From positions 28,142 through 92,141 of the forward strand of contig CAZXVJ010000006.1 of NCBI GenBank assembly GCA_964644385.1: DNA of 64,000 nucleotides, written 5' to 3'. Made by a program: the position numbers and the translations under genes. Positions 9,188 through 19,380 of this stretch are shown one piece after another. The first letter of the stretch is position 1, and each line of letters opens with the position of its first letter. Below the pieces are notes generated by a model. That model saw nothing but the letters and a program-made list of their open reading frames with translations, had not been told where the DNA came from and ran no database searches. The stretch comes from an uncultured Hyphomonas sp. (GTDB lineage: Bacteria > Pseudomonadota > Alphaproteobacteria > Caulobacterales > Hyphomonadaceae).

Positions 9188-10317
9188 GCGCCGTGTTGAC
9201 CCCTTCCCCAAGCGCCGTTTGTTGCAACCGATCTGCACTCGACTGTGACGCGGGCTTTTGTACCGATTGCGGAAAATCGCTGATCCGCTGCATGGCCTCG
9301 GCAGAGTGTGGGTCATTGCTGGATGACCAAGGCGTCTGCCAGATTTGCGTCAGACCAGAATTGGCTCTTGATGCGGGCGCGGCAGCAACGGTTCGAGAGG
9401 GCGGCAAACTCGCTCTACCGCTCACCATCAAAAACGCGTCCCCCGTCGGTCGCCCCCTTTTCATCACGGGGCTTTGGATGAAGGAAGACGATGGAGAGTT
9501 GCGGGAAGTTCCGCTTCCCTTTAAGCGCCTGGACTCCGGCGAAGCGTCGAATGTTGGCATCCGTACAGGTGTGCTAGAATATGCTGGCGTGCACCAGGTG
9601 GATCTCCGCATTGCCGTTGCCACGCGCTATCAGTGGCGCCAGGAAGAATACGTCTTCTCCAGCGCGATCATCTTCCCGGTCGAGACCAAAGACCCAGACG
9701 GCCCGGTCACGAATATTCATGTCGATGGCGACGCAGGCCCCGGCTTCACTGTCTACAACCCAACGCGCATTGAGAACGAGCGCGCAACCGGCAACAGCGC
9801 GCACATTACCCCCATTTCGCTCAATATCCGGCGCGCCGATCAGTCTGAACGCACCTTAAAAAAACGAGGCTACGAATCTGGCCTGAGCGTGCCCCGGACG
9901 GTGACCTTCGAGTGGCAAGGTTTTGAAGACGGCGACGCCCCCTTTGTCGGCCCAATCTTAAGACCATCAGGGCTGCTTTGCTTTGGCCGCAACGCCACAT
10001 CGTTGGAGACAGGTGCAAACGATGCGCGTCTGCTTGTCAGCGGCCCAGACGGAATCGACGAAGCGGCGTCCCTTGCCATTTCTCGCCAACATTTCACGCT
10101 CTACGTGGAAAGCGGTCGACTTATGTTGCGCGTCGACAGCCGCTACGGGCTGCGTGTCAATGATCGGTCTCTTCAGCGCACCGAAACAAGCCTCCTCCAA
10201 AGCGGGGACATCATCCGCCCTTTGAGAAAATCACCCGACGCGCTGGCCATTTCTGTGCAATTCGAAACCCAGCAAGACATCGTCACGCTGATTGTCATAC
10301 GAAAGCAATCGACATGA
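9184..10317 (+). CDS. Cys-rich/zinc-ribbon N-terminal protein with a C-terminal FHA (phosphothreonine-binding) domain.
   Basis: ATG 9184 overlaps the kinase stop (ATGA); GTG 9178 is an alternative start. N-terminus has 9 Cys in 60 aa (CDAGFCTDCG..CGSLLDDQGVCQIC). C-terminus GRN..11..LLVSGPDG..6..SRQHFTLYVESGRLMLRVDSRYGLRVNDRSL..LQSGDIIRPL fits the FHA signature (GR..SRxH..StNG-like..N..GD.I). Confidence 0.75.
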   Translation: MSAVLTPSPSAVCCNRSALDCDAGFCTDCGKSLIRCMASAECGSLLDDQGVCQICVRPELALDAGAAATVREGGKLALPLTIKNASPVGRPLFITGLWMKEDDGELREVPLPFKRLDSGEASNVGIRTGVLEYAGVHQVDLRIAVATRYQWRQEEYVFSSAIIFPVETKDPDGPVTNIHVDGDAGPGFTVYNPTRIENERATGNSAHITPISLNIRRADQSERTLKKRGYESGLSVPRTVTFEWQGFEDGDAPFVGPILRPSGLLCFGRNATSLETGANDARLLVSGPDGIDEAASLAISRQHFTLYVESGRLMLRVDSRYGLRVNDRSLQRTETSLLQSGDIIRPLRKSPDALAISVQFETQQDIVTLIVIRKQST

Positions 10318-10844
10318 CACATGCATCGACATTGATCCTGCGCATAGCGCCAGTCGTCTTCATCGGCTGTCTCGCCTTAGCGGCTTGCAAACCGAGCAAC
10401 GTGCTCCGCCCTGACCAGTCACCCACACCGTCATTGACACAAAAAGAGCCAGCGGCACCGATCGCCAAACCAGCACCCCGTATTGGTTTTCCTTCCGGCG
10501 TTTGGGTCGAAGGAGATGACACAGTCTGGTCTGTTGCTGTCGACGGGAACCGCGTCCTTGCCAAAGGAGAATGCGGCCTCGGACAAGGCCTCACGCTTAC
10601 CGGAACAATAAAGAACGTCGCGCTGACCTATACCGTCAACACAGATGACCAAACCGGCATCGGAAAAGGACAAGCCGTCCTCGTCGGCGATGACCACGCT
10701 TACTTCGATGTCAGCGGCGGCATGCAAACCCACGGGCTGTTTCACTTCAATCACACCGATTTGAAAACAGCCTGCAGCCCAAAATTTACGCGCCGCGGAC
10801 CGATTGATATTCGCCCAGCGCCCAACACACGCCCCGGAGAGTGA
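10314..10844 (+). CDS. Predicted lipoprotein of unknown function.
   Basis: Signal peptide plus lipobox LALAAC. ATG overlaps the upstream stop (ATGA). No recognisable catalytic motif. Gly/Thr-rich beta-like composition. Confidence 0.55.
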   Translation: MTHASTLILRIAPVVFIGCLALAACKPSNVLRPDQSPTPSLTQKEPAAPIAKPAPRIGFPSGVWVEGDDTVWSVAVDGNRVLAKGECGLGQGLTLTGTIKNVALTYTVNTDDQTGIGKGQAVLVGDDHAYFDVSGGMQTHGLFHFNHTDLKTACSPKFTRRGPIDIRPAPNTRPGE

Positions 10845-10846
10845 GC

Positions 10847-11911
10847 ATGACAAACGCCCAAACCCGATACCGCATTGATGGCTATCTTCGTACCGATGAC
10901 GACCAACCCATCGCAACGCTCGAAATGACCAGCAAACCTAGCTTATCTGATTGGATAGATCTCAGGCCGCTCTGCTCTCCTGTTGAAGATCAGGGGCATG
11001 TCGGCTCATGCACCGCGAACGCCATTGTCGGTGCACTCGAATATCTGCAAATCGCCAGCGGCGGTCCATCTACGGATCTCTCGAGGTTGTTCGTCTACTA
11101 CAATGCCCGCAGGTTCTCAGATCGAGAGGGGGATGACTGCGGCGCCTCTATGGCGCACGCAATGGCATCGCTCCTCGCATTCGGGGCGTGCCCAGAATCG
11201 GTTTGGCCCTATGATGAGGCACGTTGGAGTAAAAAGCCGCCCGACGGCTGCTATCAGAGCGCCGTGCCTTTTGCAGGCCTGCACTATGCCAGCGTCGCCC
11301 CCAATGATGAGCGGAAATACGTCCTGGCTTCAGGCCTACCCATTATCTTTGGTATGGGTGTGCCGGAACATCTCTTGATGAACGTTGGCGCACAAACCGG
11401 CTACATGCCCGCCCCGGCAGACGGCAATTGGGAGCCCGCATCCAGCGGGCATGCAATGCTGATTGTTGGGTACAGCGACGCGAACAATGCATGGCTGGTT
11501 AGAAATTCATGGGGAACCGGTTTCGGTGAAGGCGGTCACGTTTGGATCGACTATGCGGTTATGGATCACTATGCGATCGGTGCGCAGGATTTTTGGACGG
11601 TCGGTCCGCTCGATCGGAACAAATTCTTCCGTCTTGCCGGTCCCAGTTCGCAATCTGTACAGCAACACGCCGTCCAGCACGCCACGCCGGCGACCCGCAA
11701 CTTTATGGATCAAGTCCGCAAACATCTTCGCCACGACCTCGAAACGCATCTCGACGCGACCCGTCAGGGCCTGCGCGATCGCCTTCGCGGTCCCGGAGTG
11801 GGCGGCGGATACGACAAAGGCCCCGGCGCGGGGGGCGGCTATGACAAAGGACCGGGCGTTGGCGGCGGATATGACCGCGGCCCCGGCGCAGGAGGTGGAT
11901 ACGATGACTAA
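10847..11911 (+). CDS. Papain-like cysteine peptidase (C1 family), copy 1. No signal peptide or prodomain, with 4x GPGxGGGYD(K/R) C-terminal repeats.
   Basis: DWIDLRPLCSPVEDQGHVGSCTANAI (papain mature N-terminus pattern DWR..VTPVKNQG.CGSCWAF; Q and C spaced 6 apart). HAMLIVGY (catalytic His). NSWGTGFGEGGHVWI (Asn plus Trp, compare NSWGTGWGENGYIRI). GGAGAG RBS 6 nt upstream of ATG 10847; GTG 10841 is an alternative start. Confidence 0.8.
   Translation: MTNAQTRYRIDGYLRTDDDQPIATLEMTSKPSLSDWIDLRPLCSPVEDQGHVGSCTANAIVGALEYLQIASGGPSTDLSRLFVYYNARRFSDREGDDCGASMAHAMASLLAFGACPESVWPYDEARWSKKPPDGCYQSAVPFAGLHYASVAPNDERKYVLASGLPIIFGMGVPEHLLMNVGAQTGYMPAPADGNWEPASSGHAMLIVGYSDANNAWLVRNSWGTGFGEGGHVWIDYAVMDHYAIGAQDFWTVGPLDRNKFFRLAGPSSQSVQQHAVQHATPATRNFMDQVRKHLRHDLETHLDATRQGLRDRLRGPGVGGGYDKGPGAGGGYDKGPGVGGGYDRGPGAGGGYDD
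11789..11908 (+). repeat. In-frame tandem repeat of four 30-nt units encoding GPG(V/A)GGGYD(K/R/D).
   Basis: Units ggtcccggagtgggcggcggatacgacaaa, ggccccggcgcggggggcggctatgacaaa, ggaccgggcgttggcggcggatatgaccgc, ggccccggcgcaggaggtggatacgatgac read directly from the sequence. Confidence 0.85.
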
Positions 11912-12911
11912 ACTAATTGACGGCGTCCTATTGGGCGGCTGGATTCCAGACGAGGTTGACGAGGCGATTCCAACACTCAAAACCGTAGCCGACATTCAAA
12001 CCCCGAACCTGGTCGACCTGAGGCCAAAATGCTCCCCGGTTGAAAATCAAGCGGCTGTCGGCTCCTGCGTCGCCAATGCTATCGTCGGCGCTCTCGAATA
12101 TCATCAGATCCGAAATGGCTCGACCATGAAAGATCTCTCCCGTCTCTTCGTTTATTACAATGCGCGCCGCCTCGGCGAGCGTATTGGCGAGGCAGGCACC
12201 ACCATTCAGCGGGCGATGGCCGCCATCCTCGGATGGGGCGCCTGCCCAGCTTCGATGTGGCCCTACCAAACCGCCATGGTAGATGAGCGTCCCAGCGAGG
12301 CTTGCTACAAAGCGGCGCAAATGTTCAAAGGCGTCCAGATTGCCCAAACCAGCTGGGGCGCTGGATGCCGTGAAGCGCTCGCCAACGGTTTGCCGGTTGC
12401 GTTCGGCATGAATGTCGCCATGCAAGACTTCAACAGCAATGGTCCGGCTGGCCAAACCGGCATGCTCAAGCCCCCATTGGACGGCAACTGGGCAGACCCA
12501 AGCGGCGGGCATGCCATGCTGATCGTGGGATATGACGACGCGCGCCACGCGTGGCTCGTGCGAAATTCATGGGGAGAGGCCTGGGGAGAAGGCGGGCACG
12601 TCTGGATCGACTATGATTATCTCAACCACTACATCGCATATGGACGCCGCGCCGCGCCATACGTGATTGGCCAAATTCAAGATATTCGAGCCTTTGAATT
12701 GAGCGGTGCCACAACAGAACAAGTTGTGGCGCAGGCTCTCTCGCGCGCGCCAGCGCAGGTTCAGAGCGAAATGGGCGCGCTCCGCCAACATCTTGCTTCA
12801 GACCTGGATTCAAGCCTCTCAGACGCCCGCAAAAGCATCCGCGATAGGCTACGTGGGCCGGGCGCAGGTGGCGGCTATGATAAAGGCCCTGGCGCGGGCG
12901 GAGGATATTAA
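11904..12911 (+). CDS. Papain-like cysteine peptidase (C1 family), copy 2, paralog of the upstream gene. 2x GPGAGGGYD repeats at the C-terminus.
   Basis: Internal Met 148 of ORF 11463..12911. Start overlaps the upstream stop by 8 nt. LVDLRPKCSPVENQAAVGSCVANAI, HAMLIVGY and NSWGEAWGEGGHVWIDY keep all catalytic residues. Tail motif LRDRLRGPGAGGGYDKGPGAGGGY is shared with copy 1. Confidence 0.8.
   Translation: MTKLIDGVLLGGWIPDEVDEAIPTLKTVADIQTPNLVDLRPKCSPVENQAAVGSCVANAIVGALEYHQIRNGSTMKDLSRLFVYYNARRLGERIGEAGTTIQRAMAAILGWGACPASMWPYQTAMVDERPSEACYKAAQMFKGVQIAQTSWGAGCREALANGLPVAFGMNVAMQDFNSNGPAGQTGMLKPPLDGNWADPSGGHAMLIVGYDDARHAWLVRNSWGEAWGEGGHVWIDYDYLNHYIAYGRRAAPYVIGQIQDIRAFELSGATTEQVVAQALSRAPAQVQSEMGALRQHLASDLDSSLSDARKSIRDRLRGPGAGGGYDKGPGAGGGY
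12854..12908 (+). repeat. In-frame tandem repeat of 1.8 units of the same 30-nt GPGAGGGYDK motif at the end of the second peptidase gene.
   Basis: gggccgggcgcaggtggcggctatgataaa then ggccctggcgcgggcggaggatat, followed directly by the stop codon. Confidence 0.85.
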
Positions 12912-12912
12912 A

Positions 12913-13404
12913 ATGCCAAATCCCATTCTCGCCGCGAACTCAGAACGCCAAAATCGGCTGCGACGCAACGGACCGCTCCGTAAAGCCATGACCGTTTTCC
13001 CCTTATTGGTTCCGCCAATCGGAATTTACATGATGATGGCGCTGTTTTCGGGAGATGGCGGCATTCAAGGCTCGCTCGATACAACGGTCTTCAATCTTTC
13101 AATGCTGTCGGGCGCACGCTGGGAATTGCGCGCCGGAGATCTATTGTCCCTTTTCGCCCTTCTCATGCTCTCCATCGAGATTGTGAAATCGACTAACACA
13201 AAATCTGGCGCCATCGCCAATCATGCCGCCTCAATGGGGCTTTTGCTCTTCTGCTTGATCGGATTTCTGGTGTTCCGCAGTTTCGCGACATCTGTGTTCT
13301 TTCTGATCACGATGATGTGCCTTTTAGATGTGCTGGCCGGTGTTATGGTCACAATCGTCTCCGCGCGCCGCGATTTCGGTGTTGGAGACGGGTTTGGTGG
13401 TTAG
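12913..13404 (+). CDS. Hypothetical small membrane protein with about 4 TM helices. Last gene of the operon.
   Basis: Internal Met 70 of ORF 12706..13404, 1 nt after the upstream stop. Hydrophobic segments VFPLLVPPIGIYMMMALF, LLSLFALLMLSI, MGLLLFCLIGFLVF, VFFLITMMCLLDVLAGVMV. Confidence 0.5.
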   Translation: MPNPILAANSERQNRLRRNGPLRKAMTVFPLLVPPIGIYMMMALFSGDGGIQGSLDTTVFNLSMLSGARWELRAGDLLSLFALLMLSIEIVKSTNTKSGAIANHAASMGLLLFCLIGFLVFRSFATSVFFLITMMCLLDVLAGVMVTIVSARRDFGVGDGFGG

Positions 13405-13533
13405 CGATCACATGACAGACCCATCGGGCTCATTTTCTACTCCATTTGGCCTCCAACACATCAATTTTGGGTCTATTTCGGCAACCTCTCTCAGGAATTG
13501 TGCAATTGCGCCAAATATCAGCGGTGACAGGGT

Positions 13534-13562
13534 TTGACAGCCTGCCCCAATTGGTGTTTACC
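13534..13562 (+). promoter_or_regulatory. Candidate promoter of rplU-rpmA (TTGACA -35 with a weak -10).
   Basis: TTGACA at 13534-13539. 17-nt spacer, then GTTTAC-like element. About 70 nt upstream of the rplU ATG, which has a GGAAGG RBS. Weak call. Confidence 0.25.
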
Positions 13563-13633
13563 CGCCTCTTCGGCGTGAACTGGCAACAGCTCGCGCCTCA
13601 ATCTATTTTTATTCCACCCGGAAGGACACGCGC

Positions 13634-14281
13634 ATGTTTGCGGTCATTAAGACAGGCGGTAAGCAGTATAAGGTTGCCGAAGGCGATCAAATCACTGTTG
13701 AGAAACTGGACGCCGAAGAAGGCAAGAGCATCACGTTTGATGATGTGCTTATGGTTGGATCTGGCGCAGACGTTACGATTGGCGCGCCTCTGGTGGCCGG
13801 TGCTAGTGTGACAGGCACGGTCGCCCAGCAGACCCGCGGCTCAAAAATCCTGATCCGCAAAAAGCGACAGCGTTCAACATACCGCCGCACCAAAGGCCAC
13901 CGTCAGCATCTGACCGTTGTCGATATTACAGGCATCTCTGCCAAGGGCGGCAAAAAAGCAGCCCCCGCCAAGAAAGCAGAAGCGGCTCCAAAAGCCGCTG
14001 AAGCGCCCAAGCCCGCCGCCAAGAAGGCTGACGTCAGCGCAATGGATGCGCGCGGACGCCTCGCTGGCCCGCAAGGCGAAGCAGATGATCTGAAGCTGAT
14101 CAAAGGCGTCGGCAAAGTGCTGGAAGGCAAGTTGAACGAAGCTGGCATCTACCACTTCTGGCAGGTCGCAGCGCTGAAAGGCGAACAGATCACTGAGCTT
14201 GAAGAAGAGATGAGCTTTCCAGGCCGCATCGAGCGAGATGACTGGGTAAGCCAAGCCGAAGAATTCGCAAAAGACGCGTAA
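13634..14281 (+). CDS. rplU: 50S ribosomal protein L21 with a ~110-aa C-terminal extension (Ala/Lys-rich linker plus an HhH-like module).
   Basis: [44 protein letters not shown] is canonical L21. The C-terminal extension is read directly from the ORF. Confidence 0.9.
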   Translation: MFAVIKTGGKQYKVAEGDQITVEKLDAEEGKSITFDDVLMVGSGADVTIGAPLVAGASVTGTVAQQTRGSKILIRKKRQRSTYRRTKGHRQHLTVVDITGISAKGGKKAAPAKKAEAAPKAAEAPKPAAKKADVSAMDARGRLAGPQGEADDLKLIKGVGKVLEGKLNEAGIYHFWQVAALKGEQITELEEEMSFPGRIERDDWVSQAEEFAKDA

Positions 14282-14320
14282 TCACGCTACACTGCCAACA
14301 TTGACGATAAGGAGCACACA

Positions 14321-14590
14321 ATGGCTCATAAAAAATCAGGCGGCTCGACACGTAACGGTCGCGACTCAAACCCAAAATATCTTGGCGTCAAAAAGTATGG
14401 CGGCGAGCATGTCATCCCCGGCAACATTCTGGTTCGTCAACGCGGCACAAAGAACTGGCCTGGCAAAGGCGTTGGCATGGGCAAAGATCATACTTTGTTT
14501 GCGTTGATCGAGGGCAAGGTTGAATTCCGCAAAAAGCGCGACAACCGCCAATATGTACATGTTGTGCCGCTATCAGAAGCAGCAGAATAG
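14321..14590 (+). CDS. rpmA: 50S ribosomal protein L27.
   Basis: [40 protein letters not shown] is the L27 signature. AAGGAG RBS. Confidence 0.95.
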   Translation: MAHKKSGGSTRNGRDSNPKYLGVKKYGGEHVIPGNILVRQRGTKNWPGKGVGMGKDHTLFALIEGKVEFRKKRDNRQYVHVVPLSEAAE

Positions 14591-14645
14591 CGGCTGATCC
14601 TTCGGCTGCGGAAACGTGGCCCGATCAATACCGATCATCCCAAAA

Positions 14646-14680
14646 GGGAGACAGGGCCACTGTCTCCCTTTTTGTTTGTC
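14646..14680 (+). terminator. Rho-independent terminator after rpmA.
   Basis: GGGAGACAGggccaCTGTCTCCC hairpin followed by TTTTTGTTTG. Confidence 0.7.
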
Positions 14681-14706
14681 TCCCCAAATTGTTGAGGACT
14701 GGGCCA

Positions 14707-17418
<2,712 letters not shown>

Positions 17419-17422
<4 letters not shown>

Positions 17423-19206
17423 AACCGAAACGCGCCTGATACCAGAGACTCATAGCGGTCTCGGGTCAGTTCCACATATTTCTTTTGGTCTGGGTGATAC
17501 ATCCAAACCGGGTCTTCAAATTTGCGTGGGTCGAAGCCGTCTTTCACAAGATCTACTTTGCGGTATTTAAACGTGCCCGTCGTCTCCGCCTCGCGCTGAA
17601 CCCGGACAAATAGTGGGACAGCATAGGATGGAAGCCGTTCAGTCAAAGTGGCATACAGCGAGTCAAAGTCGACATCGGCGTCAACCGTAATCGCCGCCAT
17701 CCCGGCCTTTCCATCCGTGCCGGCCAATTCAACGCCGTACACATTCGCAGTCGCAATACCATCAACTTGTGACAACGCCTCGCCCACTTCATTTGTGGAC
17801 ACATTCTCGCCCTTCCAGCGGAACGTGTCGCCAATCCGGTCAACAAAGTAGACGTAGCCGTCGGCGTCTTTGCTCATTAAATCTCCGGTGCGAAACCACA
17901 TATCGCCTTTTTCAAAAACATCGCGCAGGATCTTTTTCTTGGTGGCTTCTTCGTCGTGATAACCCTCGAACCGCTGGCGAATATCATCCCCGATCAGCCC
18001 CAAAGCCTCGCCCGCCTCATCCACATCTGCGGGCACACAAAAACCATCTGCGCCGCGCACGGGTTGCTCTTCCTCAACATCAAATTTCACAAACGCGATG
18101 TGCGCGAATTTCTTTTCCAGCCAGCCTGGAATACGCCCCACCGCGCCAACCTTACCATCGAAATTCAGGAAACTCACATTGCCCTCGGTCGAACCATAAA
18201 ACTCACACAAATGGTTGATGTTGAAGCGGTCCTGAAAATCCTGCCAAACCTCGGATCGTAGTCCATTGCCAAATCCGGTACGCAGATTGTGCGCCCGCTC
18301 TTTTGGATGGGGTGGTTGGTTCAGCAAATATCGACATAGCTCTCCGATATACACAATTGACGTCGCATTCTGATCGGCAACATCATCCCAGAACGCACTG
18401 GCCGAAAACCTGTCTCTGAGCAGGATACATGCCCCGGTCATCAGAGCCTGCCCAACGCCGCAAACGCCGCCAGTGCCGTGATACAGCGGAAGTGTCAGGT
18501 AAATCCGGTCTCGCTCCGTAATGCTGCACGGCGTCACAAATGTACGCATCATGCCTTGCAGGCGCGATTGGGTTAGTTTGGCGGCTTTCGGTAATCCTGT
18601 TGTCCCAGACGTGTAGACGTAAAGGCACAGATCAGCCCCGGTCAACGCCTCACGATAACTGCGCGCCGGTCGGTCTGCTGACGCTGCGGCCAGCGCATCG
18701 TCGAGGCTTTCACCCTCACCGCCGCCCAGGGTCCAGACAGCAGGGTCAGTCTTGAACAGTGTCATCGCCTCCTTGATGGCCCGGTCCTGATCCATGCCAG
18801 TGATGATGTGACGGGCTTCTGCAACATTGACACAATGGGCCAACCCGTCGCGCTCCAAATTATGATTGATGAGCGCGGTAACTACGCCAATTTTTGCCAG
18901 CCCAAACCAGACCGCGACATAGTCAGGCCGATTCTCCATAAACAGCGCAACGCAATCACCGGGCTTTAACCCCTCATGCAGCGCCCAATGGGCCACGCGG
19001 TTCGCGCGCGCATCAAACTCCGCATAAGTGGTTAGATTGTCCTCGAAGCGGAACGCCACATTGGTTGGGTATCGGTCAACTGTGTCCTCAATATCATCGG
19101 CGACGAGACGCTTTGATTCGCGTGAAATATCGGCCGTATATTTCAGCAAACGCCGCAAAGACAGGTAGTATTTGATTTCTCGAACGAGTTTGGAAAACAG
19201 ATTCAT
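17419..19206 (-). CDS. AMP-dependent synthetase/ligase, FATP-like (very-)long-chain acyl-CoA synthetase.
   Basis: YTSGTTGLPKAAKLTQ AMP-binding motif. N-terminus and overall layout resemble FadD6/SLC27-type enzymes. Stop overlaps the proB stop region (convergent). Confidence 0.8.
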
Positions 19207-19380
19207 CGTGGTCTTAAACTCCCAAAGATTTCAAAGTCTATATCGGTTTAAGCCAATGTGCGAGCGCAGGCATAGGATTTCGTACAGTTCGCAACATTCC
19301 GCAGCGGCAAGATTTGCAGGGGCCCGGGGTCTCTGATAGCTCCACCCCTTGGGCCGACCGCCAAAAACGAAAGATCAAAC

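Noticed and set aside
7613-10317. Possibility that the kinase-FHA pair is a type VI secretion PpkA/Fha module
   Set aside because: No TssB/C, Hcp, VgrG, TssM or PppA-type PP2C genes anywhere in the window. The phosphatase here is PPP-type and belongs to the ECF/kinase triad.
10983-12548. Alternative-frame and antisense ORFs (131 aa +, 162 aa -, 206 aa -) inside the peptidase genes
   Set aside because: The sense frame carries complete, conserved C1 peptidase motifs. The others are by-products of high GC.
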